A DNA stretch of 64,000 nucleotides, taken from NCBI RefSeq assembly GCF_964355755.1, contig NC_092673.1, positions 30,997,648 through 31,061,647 of the forward strand, in the 5' to 3' direction. Under the pieces are notes generated by a model that made no database searches, was not told the DNA's origin, and saw nothing but the letters and a program-made list of their open reading frames with translations. The position numbers were made by a program, and so were the translations under genes. Each line of letters opens with the position of its first letter. Position 1 is the first letter of the stretch. Positions 30,101-45,100 of this stretch are shown here, piece after piece. Origin of the DNA: Antedon mediterranea (taxonomy: Eukaryota; Animalia; Echinodermata).

Positions 30101-33100
30101 GGCTCTGGTTGAGATTATACATGCATTTGCTGCTAATGATGTCAACAACATTAACCTAGCAACTAAACTCTACATGAAGATGCTCATGTCAGAGGTAAAG
30201 TTAATTTCTTTCTAAGTTTGAAATTTTATAGCCTAGTTTATTTGTAAGATATATAATGTAAGTAAAGTAAGCCCGTAGCCAGGACAGTTTTTTCCTTTTC
30301 AAACAGAGACAAGCTGCAAAACTAGTGGTAAATTCCCAACAAGTTTTCACCAACTCTACATACGTCCTATACTGTATATATGGTATAACATATTTTTATT
30401 TTATATTTTATAGGACCAGTCGGTCAGCTTTGCCTGCAAACAGGCTTTGATCAAAGTAATGCGACCACGTCATCGCCGACGCCGTGTCATCATTCCCTCA
30501 CCTCCTCGATGTAGCTCTCCAAATGCTGGTGGAACCAACGGAGAAGATGATGATGGTGATGACAAAGGACCACCAGGTGGAGGAGAGGCGCTTGGAGAAG
30601 CAGAGGCCATTGTGGAAGAACCTGAAGAATCTGGATTTGAGCTGGTGGTAAGTTCCTCTTCAATCTGTTTTTGCTTTGGTTTTATGTTGTGTGTGTGTGT
30701 GTGTTAGTCTTAGGTTGGTTGTACCATGAAAATGCACTGTGATAGAACTATTGCTATTATCATTGCTAATAACAAAACAAATATTCATATTTTTCTTATA
30801 GGGTCAAGAGGCCATGGCATTAGAACCAGGTGAGATTCCTGGTGTAGTTGGTGCCAACCATCTTAACCTAGAAGCTCTGCTTGGTGGTCGTGGTGGCCTA
30901 GCACCTATGCTTGATCTCCCACCTGATGCAGATGATGAGGCCATGATGGAACTGGCTATTGCACTCAGCCTGCAAGAGCAAGGTGGAGCGGCAGCTGCTG
31001 GCTTGAACCTTCAAGGAATGGCACTGTCAGGTCAAGGTCAAAGTACATCTTCACTAGAAGCTGGAACATTGTCTGATACTACAGCTTCAGGTATGGATTT
31101 TTTTGTTTCAAGAATACTTAACTGGATGAACTATAAAATGACCATACTCTCAATTTGCAACATTCCTAAAATAATAATGGAAAGATCCATATTTCAGCCT
31201 TGTCATAATAGATAGTTTGAAAGAATGCCATAATAATTTCCTCTTACAAACAAACTTCAATAAAAATTTTCTTTTAAGCTGCAGCTAGCGATGATGAAGG
31301 TAGCACAGCAGCAACAGACGGTTCCACTCTAAGGACGTCACCAGCTGAGCAGACTGGAAGTGGAGGGTCTGAGAGTGGAGGTAGTGCTGCCGACTCTATT
31401 ACAGGGGAACATAGTGGTAAGATCCATGGAGATTTAATAAGTATAAGTGTCCCCCCCCCCCCCCCCAAATAGGGCTGTCTGCTAAATAAGTGTTGGCTGT
31501 AGTGGTAAAATATTTATTACCCCTCATTTGTTGGGAAATTGTTCTTATTAAGACTTTTCCTGAAAAGGGGTTGACTTAGTGATAAAACATATATTTCCCT
31601 TCTTTGTTTTATAAGAAAGTTTCTTCCCTTGTAAGGGTGTCCATTAAATAGAGGTGGTCCCAAACAAGAAGTTGTATTGTAGACATTAATTATTCAAAGC
31701 TGTTTAACATAAGCAACTTTGTTTTTTTAATCAATTTCAAAATTTTTTATTTTTCAGTTTCATCTTACTCAGCTGTCAGTGGTCGTAGCAGCACATTCGG
31801 TGACACAATACACGAAGGAAACCACAACCAACAAGAGAGCACTGGTGGGGGTCAGGGTTCAAGCCAACAAGATGGTTCTGAGCTGGAGAGTGATGCCGAT
31901 GCCACTCATCGCATGCATCTACTCAGGATTATGCTACTGGATAGATTCCTTCAGTATCTGCCAGAATTGAGAGATGTCGGAGGAGTAAGGGCCATTCCAT
32001 TCATGCAGGTAGGTTTGGTCTCCTTATTCTCCATCTTCTCCTTTTCCTACTCCTTCACTTTCTCATCCAGCTTCTATTCTTCTCCGCTTTCTCCGGATTT
32101 TTCTTTTCATCCTCCTTTTTCTTCCATATGTTTGTCCTCTTTCTCCTGCTACTTCTTCTCTTCCATCTCCATCTTTTTCTCCTCTGCCTTCTCTTCCTCC
32201 TTTACCTAGTCTCAAAATGGATTTTGTTTCTGCCACCTCCCCCCCCCCCTTCTCCAATTTTTTTTCTACCATGAAGGGTAATGCTTTATGTCTCAATAAT
32301 TAGACACACATATATTATGTAATTTTCTTTTAGGTTATACTAATGCTAAGTTCAGACTTAGATCTAGAAGAAGATAAAGACTGCGGAGCAATGGATAATC
32401 TGCTAGTTGCCATGTTGGGAGAGTTAAACATGAGCTGTCGTGACTTCTCTAACATTGCTGTAAGAACACCTCACCACGAGGTACAACTGATCATAATGCG
32501 TCTCCTCAGCGTGTTCATGTCACGGTCGAAGTCTGGGACAAAGACTACTTCTTCAGAGGTAGGAATATTTCTGAATATTGAAACATAGCAGAGTGACTTG
32601 CATTGGAGAATCGTTTTCTCTCAGATAACTTCAAATAGTTGATTGAATTAAATTTAATTAATGGCATTTAAATACTTGACCCTAACAAATTGAGATCGTA
32701 ACAAAGCATTGAAGATATTTAAGTGTAAACTCTAGGCTATATTTTTCATTTCTTTACAGACATCAACAATGATTTCACACACCACTGCTACTGCCATGCT
32801 GAATAGTAGCGCAATAGAGTATTGCCAACACATTCTGAAGTCACTCTTAGAGCACTGGAAACAGGCAACTCCAGATGAGGTTAGTGTCCAAAGCTCTCTC
32901 TACACTATCAAACTAGTTTGACAAAAAAAGTGTGATGTGCCCAAATATGGTAGTGATATGCTTAAATATGGTAGTGATATTTCATTTCATTTCACATTTA
33001 TTCAATTAATGAAAACGTAAACAATGTAAACATTATAAACAAATAAAGATATCATTAATTAGGATCAGACTTAGAGGCCAAGGCCTGTCTCAGAAAGACC

Positions 33101-36100
33101 CAACAAAACATATAACATCATCATGTCCATATATGGGCACATTTTTTTGTTAATATTCTTCTGATTGCAACTTCTCTAAATTGTTGATACTCATTGGTGT
33201 AACGCAGATGCTTGAGGCCCCTGGTTTAGGAACCCTAAGTGGCCCTCCGACGCTGGAGGCATCGGGCGTTTTTAGCTGTTTTGACATATATGAAGGCCTG
33301 ATTTTTCCTCCTGGCACTGCTCCGGGGCCACTGGGTTTAACCAGTGTGCGCTCATAGCCTTTACGCCACTTTTGATACTGTGCATTACTATTGTTGCTAC
33401 AATATTTACAAGATAGTGTTCTGTTTGTTTTTCTTACATAGGAGTTAGGCACAGTGGCTTCAAACCTACTGAAGTCCCATCCTGTGTTACCTCCAGCAGA
33501 TATGTCGCCATTCTTCCTCAGACAGTATGTCAAGGTAATGTTGTAATATATTTATTTAAATAACTATAACCATGCATTACTTGAACTCTGTCCTCTGCAA
33601 CTGACCTGATTTAAGATTCAACAACTTAACATTGTTAAGATATTATAGAGTTATATTAACTTCATAAAAAATGAGATTTTTGTTTTGGCATTTCATCATC
33701 TCCATTCATGGATGTTGATTCAAATAAGAAGTCCAAGTAAGAATTTCAAATTAGAATATTCAACATTTTACGTATTTGAGTATGTTTAGGACAACCACTA
33801 GTTTAAAATTTAAAATAACAAATAAATTCCTGACTTTAAATTTTTCTTTTCAATTTCTAGGGTCATGCTGGAGATGTTTTTGAAGCATACACACAGCTTC
33901 TAACAGAGATGGTTCTCAGATTACCGTATCAGATTAAAAAGATATGTGATGCAAACCCATCAATTGGTCACCCAGTGTTTGACCAACCATGGATTTATAA
34001 CTTGTGTGAGGTAACTGCCATTATGCTTATGTTTACTACAGTATAACCCCCTGCTTTATGTCAGCTGTATTCATAAGACACTTTCAGTGAAACGAACAAT
34101 GGACAATATATGTTTTAATACTACTATAAAAGGGACATTTTAATCCTAAGGTGTCACCTTAACAACTGTATGTTGTGAAATTTAAACTTAAACTACAATC
34201 ATTATTAATTCAATTCAAATTTGCTTTTGTTTAGTACATGATTACGCAGCAAACTCCATTTGTGCGTCGACAAGTTCGCAAATTGTTGTTGTTTATCTGC
34301 GGTAAGAAGGAGTTGTATCGCCAACTCCGAGATCTTCATTCTCTAGAATCACACATTAAGGACATCAAGTAAGTAATGCCTTCATATGTTGTTCTTAGAT
34401 CAAAATTATAAATAAAAATAATACTGTAATATGTTGTAAAATAATGAAAATAAGGTAACAAAACTTGAAATAATTTTTAAAAATTCTAAATATATTGTGT
34501 AAATGTTAAATTGTCTATATTAGAACTTGTATGCAATTTTCTATTACAGATACATATGTGCCAAACATGGCGTTGATTTAACAAAGGCAGGAGCAATTCC
34601 CGCATCAATCCCATATGACACCCTCATTTCACTGGTAAGTTTTGATTTGTGTGAGTGAGTGGCCAAGTGGTTACGACAGTGGAACCGTTACACGTAGCAA
34701 AATATCGGCAAGGGTTTGAGGCTCACTCGCTCCATGGTTCTGTTGGTAGAATAAGTCTTCTCAGATAAGGACTAAACCGTAGGTCCAGTGTACACAAAAT
34801 GCTTGTGTGCACTTTAAAGAACCTAGTACATTTTTCGAGACGAGTAGGGGTTTTCCTGGCATATTAGTTCACACAGCCACTGTCACAACTTAGAGATAGG
34901 CTTTCTAGCATAATTGTTTCCTCATCATCAAAATCATTTTTAAACAATGGCAAAAATCTTATTACTATCAATGTCAGGACAGTATATTATTCCAATCGTT
35001 TTTTATTTTTAGATTGAGCATTTGAAAGCATGTCAGGAGGTAGCTACAACTCGAACCCACAACTGGCAAAAGTTCTGCTTGCGCCAAGACAGTAAGTACA
35101 TTATTCTATTTCCACTGTACCACACACAGCAGCAGCAATTTTGTTTGTAATAAAATTACAGAATCCATTCAATTCCATTAGTTCAATGAGGTTAATAGTG
35201 ATAAATGATTAGTAAATATTCTATCATGTCTTTTTAATAATTTTCTACTTCTCTTCATAGATGTTCTGTCAAGTTTACTTCATGCTAGCTTTTACCTTGA
35301 CGAAGGTGTTGCACCAACACTCCTGCAGTTGCTGACAGCCGCTCTGTGTGGTATCAAGTCATCCTCAAGCTCGTCCAGCAAACATAAGAAAGAAAAGAAA
35401 GAAGAAAAGGAGAAGGCAGAAGGTAGGTTAAACTTTCAATTAATTTATGAATGTTCAAGAAAAATTATTGTTGCTTAGTGGATGATGGCTACCAACAATC
35501 AAGGGTCCTGTGTTCAAATCATGTCAGATGTCAGGATTTTTCTCATTATAAAAAAAAAACAACCTCACTCCCAAAGCTTTGTTTATGTAGAGTATCTTGT
35601 GTGTACGTTGTCATGTGAAACGGATTGCCATCTCTAATAATTATTTGATTATGGTCATCCTTAGGCACTTGCTTTTTATATAAAAACGAAAGCAAAATTG
35701 TTTTTATATGCTTAAGTTCTGTAAAAACTAGTTTGCCAAAACAAGTGTGATGCGCGCAAATATGGTAGTGATATGACACCATCATGTCGATATATGGGCA
35801 CATCAGGCATCAGTTTGATAGTGTAAACAGAGCTTATTACTCTCTATCTTTGACTCTAGATTCCTCTGACGAGCAACTGAAGCCCGATGACAGCATGTGC
35901 CAAAAGCTGATAAATCAATTCAACAAGTCAATCAATAATCAAACACTTGCTCATTTCATACGACTATTCCTACTGGAATCAAACAACACATCAGTACGTT
36001 GGCAGGCTCACAAACTAGTCCATCATATATTCAAGTAAGTAAACATGTAGTAAATGGCGGAATAAACTGCGACTTGCAGCCTACTGGTGTGGACGACACC

Positions 36101-39100
36101 ACAACATTTTTCTCTCCTAAGGGTCCTTCGTGTCGAGTGCTGCCACCAAACTGCGCCCTTTGGTCTGTCCACAACGACAGGGGCTGAATGGACGAGTACA
36201 CCAGGGTAACCCCCTATTCTTCCGAAAGCTGTACTGGGTTCTTTAAAGTGCACACAAGCCAGATATGTATACTGGACCTCCAGTTTGTACCACCACAACA
36301 ATGGTCCGAGGAGTGTCTTGAACCTGTGCCGATTGTATAGCTATGGTTTGCAGCGCTCCTGCCGTAACTACTCGGCAACACAACATAAACTAGAGGGTAC
36401 TCAGAGAGTACAAACCTCCGCCTACTGTAAAATTCCCCTACATAAAATGTCTCCGGAAAATATATATACATATATTTTTTTTATTAGTTGTAAGTGTAAA
36501 AAGGCTAACTGCACACTACAAAGTTGTGGATGAGAGTTTGGTGTAATGGTTATGTATCCAGCCTCTCACAGTTGAGATCGCTGGTTCAAGTCCCGCTGAG
36601 AGTTTTTTTTTTTTTTTTTTATTTCTTTCTTTTTTTTTTGGACCTTGATCTTTGACCCTGACCCTTCAAAATTTGACCAAAATTATATGTTGAGTCATTG
36701 ATCATTGTGGCTAAGTTTGGTGAGAATCGGATAAAAACTGTGGTCTCTAGGCAGTAAAATAGTATTTTGTTAGTTGTGACCTTGACCTATGACCTTTTCC
36801 CAAGCTTTTGGGGTATAGATCATTGTGGCTAAATTTGGTGCGAATCGGATAAAAACTGTGGCCTCCAGGCTGTTCACAGACACACACACAAACACACACA
36901 CAAACATACAGGGGTGAAAACATAACCTCCTTGGCGGAGGTAATAATCTATTTCATACTGTTCATTTGATTGGCTGTTTACGTATCACAGGGCATGCATT
37001 ATTTGTACACATTTTAGGATAGTTACGTGTTCTAACAGTCTTTTATTTTGTTGTTGTTTCACTCCAGGAGTTCATCCGTTCAACTGCAAGAAAATCTGCT
37101 GACCCTGATGTGGGATCTTTGGCCTGAGCTCTCCACGTATGGACGCAAGTCAGCCCAATTTGTTGATCTGCTTGGCTATTTCTCTCTGAAAGTGCCATAC
37201 AATGCTACCAAGGTAAAAATCATTTTTATGTAAGAAACATTTATACTGGCAACTAGCTACAAAGATATAACTGACCTAAATAAAAACTTAATAATTAATA
37301 TATACCTTTATTGTTGCTATGAATACTGTACTCTATCTAATCTAATGTTGATTTATCTTTTGTTGCAGTCAAAGCAGTATGTCCAAAAGGCTACAGCTCT
37401 TCTAAAAGCCCAGAATCTTGTGCTAGCCAATCATCCAAACTCTAACATCTACAAGTAAGATTATTTATTATTTATTTGATGTGCCCTATTTTACATTTGT
37501 AAGCAATATAATCTACAATTGTAGCATAACATTATGTAATAAATATTTGTTGAGGTTTTTTATACTTGTTATATAATTTCTTACACATTAATAAATTATA
37601 AATTTTTTGTTTTAGCAACCTTGCTGGTTTAGTAGAATTTGATGGTTTCTACCTGGAAAGTGACCCTTGCCTTGTGTGCAACAACCCAGAAGTGTCATTT
37701 GGCGTAAGTTAACAACTTATTATAAACTTATGAATCTCTCACCATGTGCAGTATTGATAACTAGAGGAAAGAGAATACTTAAAGTGATTGTCGCATTCAC
37801 AGTAGAGCCTTTATCAAGGGATCACCTTTGGAAAATATTCCTGTATAGTCCCTAAATAGGGATCTCAAAAGAGAGGTTTCACTGTATATTATTATGAGTC
37901 ATTGCATATGTATACATTCATTTAATTGACTAGAACAAGGATTGAACCCAGGAGTTTGGAATCTTGCATTTTAAACATTTAACTACTTAACCTCGCTACA
38001 AATAACTTAATTTTCTCTTGTTAAATAGAACATCAAGTTGTCTGCAATAAAAGTGGATTCACGTTACACAGCCAACTCGCAAATTGTCAAGCTTGTGGGT
38101 ACGCACACAATTTCCAAGGTGTCTCTTCGCATCAGCGATCTCAAACGCACAAAGATGGTTCGAACCATTAACATTTACTACAATAACCGCACGGTTCAGT
38201 CTGTGGTTGAACTCAAAAATAAGTAAGTCAAATGAAAGGTTTATCAGATACTAGACTCAAGATATTGTTAAATGTTAATGCAAGTTAACTTTTACTTTAT
38301 GTTGCAAAGCTTTTAAACTTTAGTGTTATATTTATTAATTTTTAGGCCCACTATGTGGTACAAGGCAAAGAAATGCACCCTCACGGCTGGGCAGACAGAG
38401 CTGAAGGTAGAATTCCCTCTACCGATTGTGGCTGCTAACGTTATGATTGAATACCTGGACTTCTACGACAACCTTCAGGCCTCTGCAGAGACACTTCAGT
38501 GTCCCAGATGTAGTGCATCTGTACCTGCTAACCCTGGTGTTTGCGGCAACTGTGGAGAAAATGTTTTCCAATGCCATAAGTGCAGGTAAGCTTGGTTTAT
38601 AATTGTTAATCTTTTTTTTCCATTTCCTGTATGTGTTGTTAACTACCCATGTCATCAATAGTAAATAGCTTTAGATTAGAAGATTTATATGATTTTTTCA
38701 GAGCAATCAATTATGATGAGAAGGATCCATTTTTATGCAATGCTTGTGGTTTCTGCAAATACGCCAAGTTTGACTTCACTCTGACAGCAAAAGCTTGTTG
38801 TGCAGTGGATCCAATTGAAAGTGAAGACGACAGAAAGAAGGTATTATATTGCGATTTTTTTCCTACAAGACGGTCGCTGAGTATTTCTTTAACTTTAAAA
38901 TGCAATTTGACTGCCTACCAAACCCAGTGTTGCAAATTGCATGTGTGCACCCAAATCCTGTCTACCTAAACTAACTAAATTATCTTTATAGAATTCAATG
39001 AAGGTTCAATTTAGTGCTACTGAAGGGATCTGGTAATTTTTACTGTTTCTGTATAATGTTTAGATAGCAGTGTATTTGTCATGTCATTAAAGAATCCTAT

Positions 39101-42100
39101 TTCATTTTTTTCCAGGCTACGACCACTATAAATTCTTTGCTTGAAAAAGCTGACCGTGTTTACCGTCAGCTTGTGTCGCATAAGCCACATCTAGAGACCC
39201 TGCTCGTTAAGCTAAATGAATTTGGTCGAGAGAAACAAGACGAGACGTCGACCGGTAGCAGTGGAGGAGGATCCAGTGGCGGCGCCAATGTGAATCGTAC
39301 GATTCAACAGATTGCGCAAAGATACTGCGGAGACTGCAAGTCTACTTTTGAAGATTTGAGCAAAATTATACAGGTTGGTGGATTGCAACTTTTATTTCTC
39401 TATGTGAACTGGCCTATTTATGCATCCATACATCTGTGATGGAGTTGACTCTCTAGTTGTTTAATACCTCAATGGCACTACCTTAACCAATAACAGGATC
39501 AGAATTAAATAGGTTTTCTAAACTGAACTCTTTACTAAGAGGCTTAAAGCATTTCACACCTGCTCCAGTCCAGCTCCAGCCAATAAAATCACATCTTAAT
39601 GTTCGTTTTTCACGATGTGCCAATCTTTATACTTGATATGCCGGAAGAGATCAGGTGTGAAACACTCTTTAGGAAGTAATTCCTGGTATTATAACCCATT
39701 AAGTTGATTAAACCTTCAACCTCTACAAAAAATCTTTTACTGTCCACACCAGAATTCAAATGTTTTCTAAACTTCACTAAGAGATAAGACAATCATTACG
39801 TCAATTAACTTCTACAATAAAAAGTCTTATAATGATGTATACATTACTTAATACTCTCTTTCAGAGAGTATTAACATCGCGTAAAGAACTAGTAGAGTAT
39901 GACAGGTCACAGCGAGAGGCTGCAGCCAGCCTGTCTGATACAAGCCCAGCAGTTACACCAATCTCAACACCTCTTGCCAGTCCAAGACCTTCTCCATCAT
40001 CCAGTATGAAGGTCGTACCACTACCATCATGCAAGCCTACAGAAGCCAGGTGAGATACAGTTTGTTGGGCTTCAAATACAAGCAATATTTCTCTCTAAAT
40101 AGACCCTACAATTGTTAACATAAACTTATAAAACTTTTAAATATATATTTATATACTGTACATAATGTTGTTAAAACATTGTTGAAATTGTATTTGTTCT
40201 TTGTGTGTGCACGGCCCCAAGGGGGAACAACCATTTGTTGATCTGGGCCTCCGTGGTTAAATAAAGTTGAATTGACTTGAATTTAATATATTTAACATAT
40301 TTTAGTAAATCTAAAATTTGTCATATCTTGTATGAACATTTCGTATCTACTGCCAACTAGTCATCCATTCATAGAAGCACTGTCTATTTAGTGAGCGAAT
40401 GGACCTGAGCTATGAGTAAAGTTTTGATAGAAATAGAGTATACAAAATGCTTAGATGTTGTAATTCTTGTATACCATTTGCGATAAGATAAAGAAGAAGT
40501 TGAAGTTGTTATTAAAGCAAGCTAATGTTCATAGGTCATGTATTTTTTATAAAATTTAGAATTACTGCTTAACAAAATTCTTTAATCCACCAGTATTGGT
40601 CGTTGCTATGGATGTGCTGCAGCAGCCACTGAACATTGTGTCACGTTGCTAAGAGCTCTAGCCTCCCATTCAGACACAAGACAAATCTTGGTGAATCAAG
40701 GCCTTATTATTGAGCTTGTTGAATACAACCTACGACGCGGCACTGCTGTGTTCAGGAGTGATGTACGTCAGTTACTATGCATGCTGACACGTGATAATGC
40801 TGGTGCCACCGCACAGTTAAACAACATCCTGATGATGCGTGTTCAAAATGCTTTACAGAGTTATAGATCCAATCCAGACGTGGTATGTTGTGTTTTCTTA
40901 ACAAAATTCTTCTAGCCTGCCTTAAGCTTTGTCAACACTATCAAACTGTATGTGACAACAAATGTGATGTGCCCATATATGGACATAGTTATGTCATATC
41001 ACTACCATATTTGGGCATATCACTAGCAAATTTACCACTTTTTTGTCAAACTAGTGTGATAGTGTAGACAGTGCCTTAGAATAAAAGATAAGAAACCTCC
41101 TCTTCTCAGTGTTTGATATTTTATTGGTTTCCCAAATACTTGGAAGATTTTTTTTATGTAGAAACAGGAACAGGATTGCCACTTTTAAGGAGAGTAGATG
41201 TATCTACTTATTTTTATACAATTTGCCTATTGGTTTTTCTTTTTAGGCTGGAGCAGTAAGAAATGAGATGGAACTTTTAACCAACACAATTGAGCATGAT
41301 GAGACTTGTTGGGAACAAAGACTCAAATGTGGTAAGCTCACAGACGATAAATTATCCAAAGTATTTGTTAAATAATAAAGATAGGCCTATACTGAATACC
41401 TAATACGTTAAAACTATATAGATACAGATGTCCAAGATTGTTTTTGAAACTGCTATCTATAGTTTTTATAGTGCCCTTTCTTGCTTTCTTAGATTCTCCA
41501 CAAATTTTTTTTTTTTAACTTGTGACCATTCCATTTTAATAAAAGACCAAATTATTCCCTTTTTTTCAGTGATGAAGCTGTTTCTATCGTCAGTGAAAAT
41601 CACCAGTCCAGTAGTAATGGAAAATATCACTTTACCATGTCTCAAGATTTTGCAACATCTTGTAAAACCACCTCCACCATCCTGCAAAGCCAATAAGGTA
41701 TGTTGTCTGGCTTCCTTGAACAAAGAACAACAACTTAACATTAAGTTTACAGTAGAACCTGTGTTGTTTGACACGTTTCATACCTGGACGCAATGTTCCC
41801 TGATATAGCTTCAGACAATGTATGCGCATTAATCATATGCAAATACAGAACGCTAAATTTAAATGTCATGAAAAATCGCAGAATTTATGATTATTCCTGT
41901 ATCTCTTATCTGACAAATCACCTGCAGCAACAAATTGCAGGGAGGGGAGGGAGATGTCATTAGGATAGGTCATTCAATGTTAAATTTATTACACTGCATG
42001 TGTAATAGAGGTATATGTACAATTGTTCCTGGATTTTGCCATCTTTGTATAATATTTTATTGATATGTACAGGATAAATCCGTAGAACAGCTAAGTAGCA

Positions 42101-45100
42101 TGAAACCTAGTGGTAGTGACGTGTATGTGAACACTACACAGTGGCTAAGCATGTCATCACCTGTCGACTATGCTATATGGAGAACAAGAGTTCCCGCTAA
42201 AATGGATGGTAAGGCTTCTGTCTAACTAAAATTCTTATTTACAAAATAGTGATGTACATCAGTTACAAACCATGTACTTTATGAAGCTTAGTTTCCTAAA
42301 AATTTACACTGGCCAATGACAACCTATTTAAATTCTTAATCTCTGTCTACATTATCAAACTTAATGTGACAAAAAAATGTGATTGACATGATTATGTCTT
42401 ATCACTACCATATTTGTGCATATTTGGTAGTTTGATAGTGTAGACAGAGCTTTATAGGGAGTAAGATTACAATCTTGTTTTACCGAACATCCATGCATTA
42501 ATAATCACTTTGAAATGTGAAAAACACTCTAAATAATAATGATTAGCTACTGTATGTCATGTATCAATATTAAATTTCAAGAGTAGTACAAAAATAGCAA
42601 CCAATCAACATCACTGATTTATTAATTTTTACTCATAACAGCTGATAGTTCAGAGAAGTCTGCCAGGGCCATCCGAGGTAAATATCTAATGGAGAAGTAC
42701 ACAAAGATCTGGAAGGCGGGTGTGAAGAAGAGTCCAGAGATGCTGCATCTAGGCAGCAGTACATGGCTACGCAGGGTTCTGTTCTCACCTTCATCAAGGT
42801 CTGCTAGACAAGCAGCATGTAACATTGTGGAGTCCCTATGTCAGGTAATTAGTGGCTTGTTGGTTAAAGTACCTTCCTTTCAGTCCGAAGTTCCAGGATA
42901 CAATCCTGACCTAGTCCTAGTCGGTTTCTATTCCACTCCAAGCCTCTCTATAAAGTTTATCCATCCACTAATTGGAAAGTTACTTTCTGAAAAAAGAAAA
43001 GTTAATATTAATCTTGACTCTTGTTGCTGTAATCCTACATTTTGGCCAGCTTAAAATGTAATGTGTGAGTGACTGAATGAATGTAATACTATATATGCAC
43101 ATTTACTTGGTCGTTTTACCTATTTTATGATCTTCTGTATTATTCCTGTAGGTATCAAGCAGATGTCAAAAGATGTTGGATCTTCTCACCAGCTATCTGG
43201 ATGAGGTCGGACGAAGTGGTGAAAGCGCTGCCGAGTTCCTGTCTCTCTACCAGAGACTCATCAAAGAGCCACATTGGAAAAGATACCTGGCAGCTAAAGG
43301 AGTCTTGCCTCACATTGGGGGTCTGATCACATACGAAATAGAGCAATTGGTGGCACTAGAAGACACTACCCTCAGCTCTGATCTGTCACAAGGTTATTCG
43401 TTGAAGATGCTCACTGGTAGGTTATATCAAATGATAGTCTTGGCTACACTTTCATATTTTGATATTATGTGGTTTGACCTTCCACCTTAAAATACCTACA
43501 TAAAATACTATAAGCTATTTACAGTAACTATTATACTGTAAAAATACTACTCACATTTCGACTACACTCTTTCAGAGCTACTTTCATCATTTATTGAGGT
43601 TGACACCATCAAACAACACTACAAAGGCAAGTTGCTAGGAACAGTGCTTAACGGCTACTTGTCTCTGCGTAAGCTGGTGGTTCAACGAACCAAACTGGTG
43701 GACGAGACTCAACAAATACTGCTAGACCTGCTGGAGGAAATGACAACTGGTACTGAATCGGAGACCAGGGCCTTTATGGCACTTTGCGTGGAGACGGTGA
43801 AGAAGTACGAAGTGCAAGATTTGCGTACACCAGTGTTTATCTTTGAGAGACTCTGCAACATTATCTTCCCAGTAAGAAAACATTTTTTAAAGTTGTTACG
43901 TGTGTAAAAGAAAAATCATTTCATCAATCATTTAAATCTGGGGGTATGGTGCTACCTTTACGTTAGAACCAAAACATTATATATACTATCTGCCATACAC
44001 CATACATTTCTCCCAGATCATTTTCAAAATAAAAATTTGATCTATTTTTCTATTCTTGCTAAAAAGGAGGATAATGACATTGGTGAGTTCTTCATGACAT
44101 TAGAAAAGGACCCACAGCAAGAAGATTATCTGCAAGGTCGTATGCAGGGTAACCCCTACAGCTCAAATGACACTGACCTAGCCCCACTGATGAGGGATGT
44201 CAAGAACAAAATATGCAGAGGTAATTTGTTATATTATTTTTAATGTTCTTTCTGTATGGTAAAGAGAGTGATGTACCCAATATGGTAGTGATGCCCAAAT
44301 TAGATAGTGATATGACATCATCATGTCCATATATGGGCACATCACATTTTTTTTGTCACATAACGTTGGATAGTGTAGACAGAGCTTTAGTTTGCTAGAT
44401 TTTATTATTTAAATTTGTTCATTTTTCTTTTAGATTGTGAGTTAGTTGCACTGCTAGAAGACGATACTGGAATGGAGGTAACTATCTATTTCATAACAAC
44501 ATGATAGAGGGCGTGATACATCAAATATTCTGCTTAAAAAAAGTAAAATAATATGGCAGGTTATCAGTCTCACAAACAAAATTACTAAATAAGGGACACT
44601 ATGTATTAGTTATATATATAAATAGTTTATTTTAAATGCCAACTTAGTGAAAGCTTAATGCTCAGAAAAACTAGGTATTCATGCTGAAGTTGCCAAGTTC
44701 AGGTGGATTAAATACATTCTATATTTAGAATCTAAATTATCATCTTAATAATATTTTGTATGTATGCGTTTTTTCCAGTTGTTGGTTAGCAACAAAATTA
44801 TAAGTCTTGATCTGCCAGTGAAGGAGGTCTACAAGAAAATATGGTGTCATGATAATGAGGTAAAATATACCAGTTTTATTATTATTTATAGTTCTAAGTT
44901 AGTAATTATTAGTTAAAAGGTTTTGTATAATAAAATAAAAGTATATGGAGCCTTGTAACCGGGGACGTAGACTTGCATATTTTTCTATTTAAATGAATAT
45001 GTTTGTATTTTCTGTAACATTTTAGGGCGAGCCAATGAGGATTGTGTATCGTATGAGAGGTTTGCTTGGCGATGCAACAGAGGAGTTTATTGAAACACTT

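Noticed and set aside
32010-32296. Ser/Phe-rich and Arg/Glu-rich ORFs
   Set aside because: Polypyrimidine low-complexity intron sequence.
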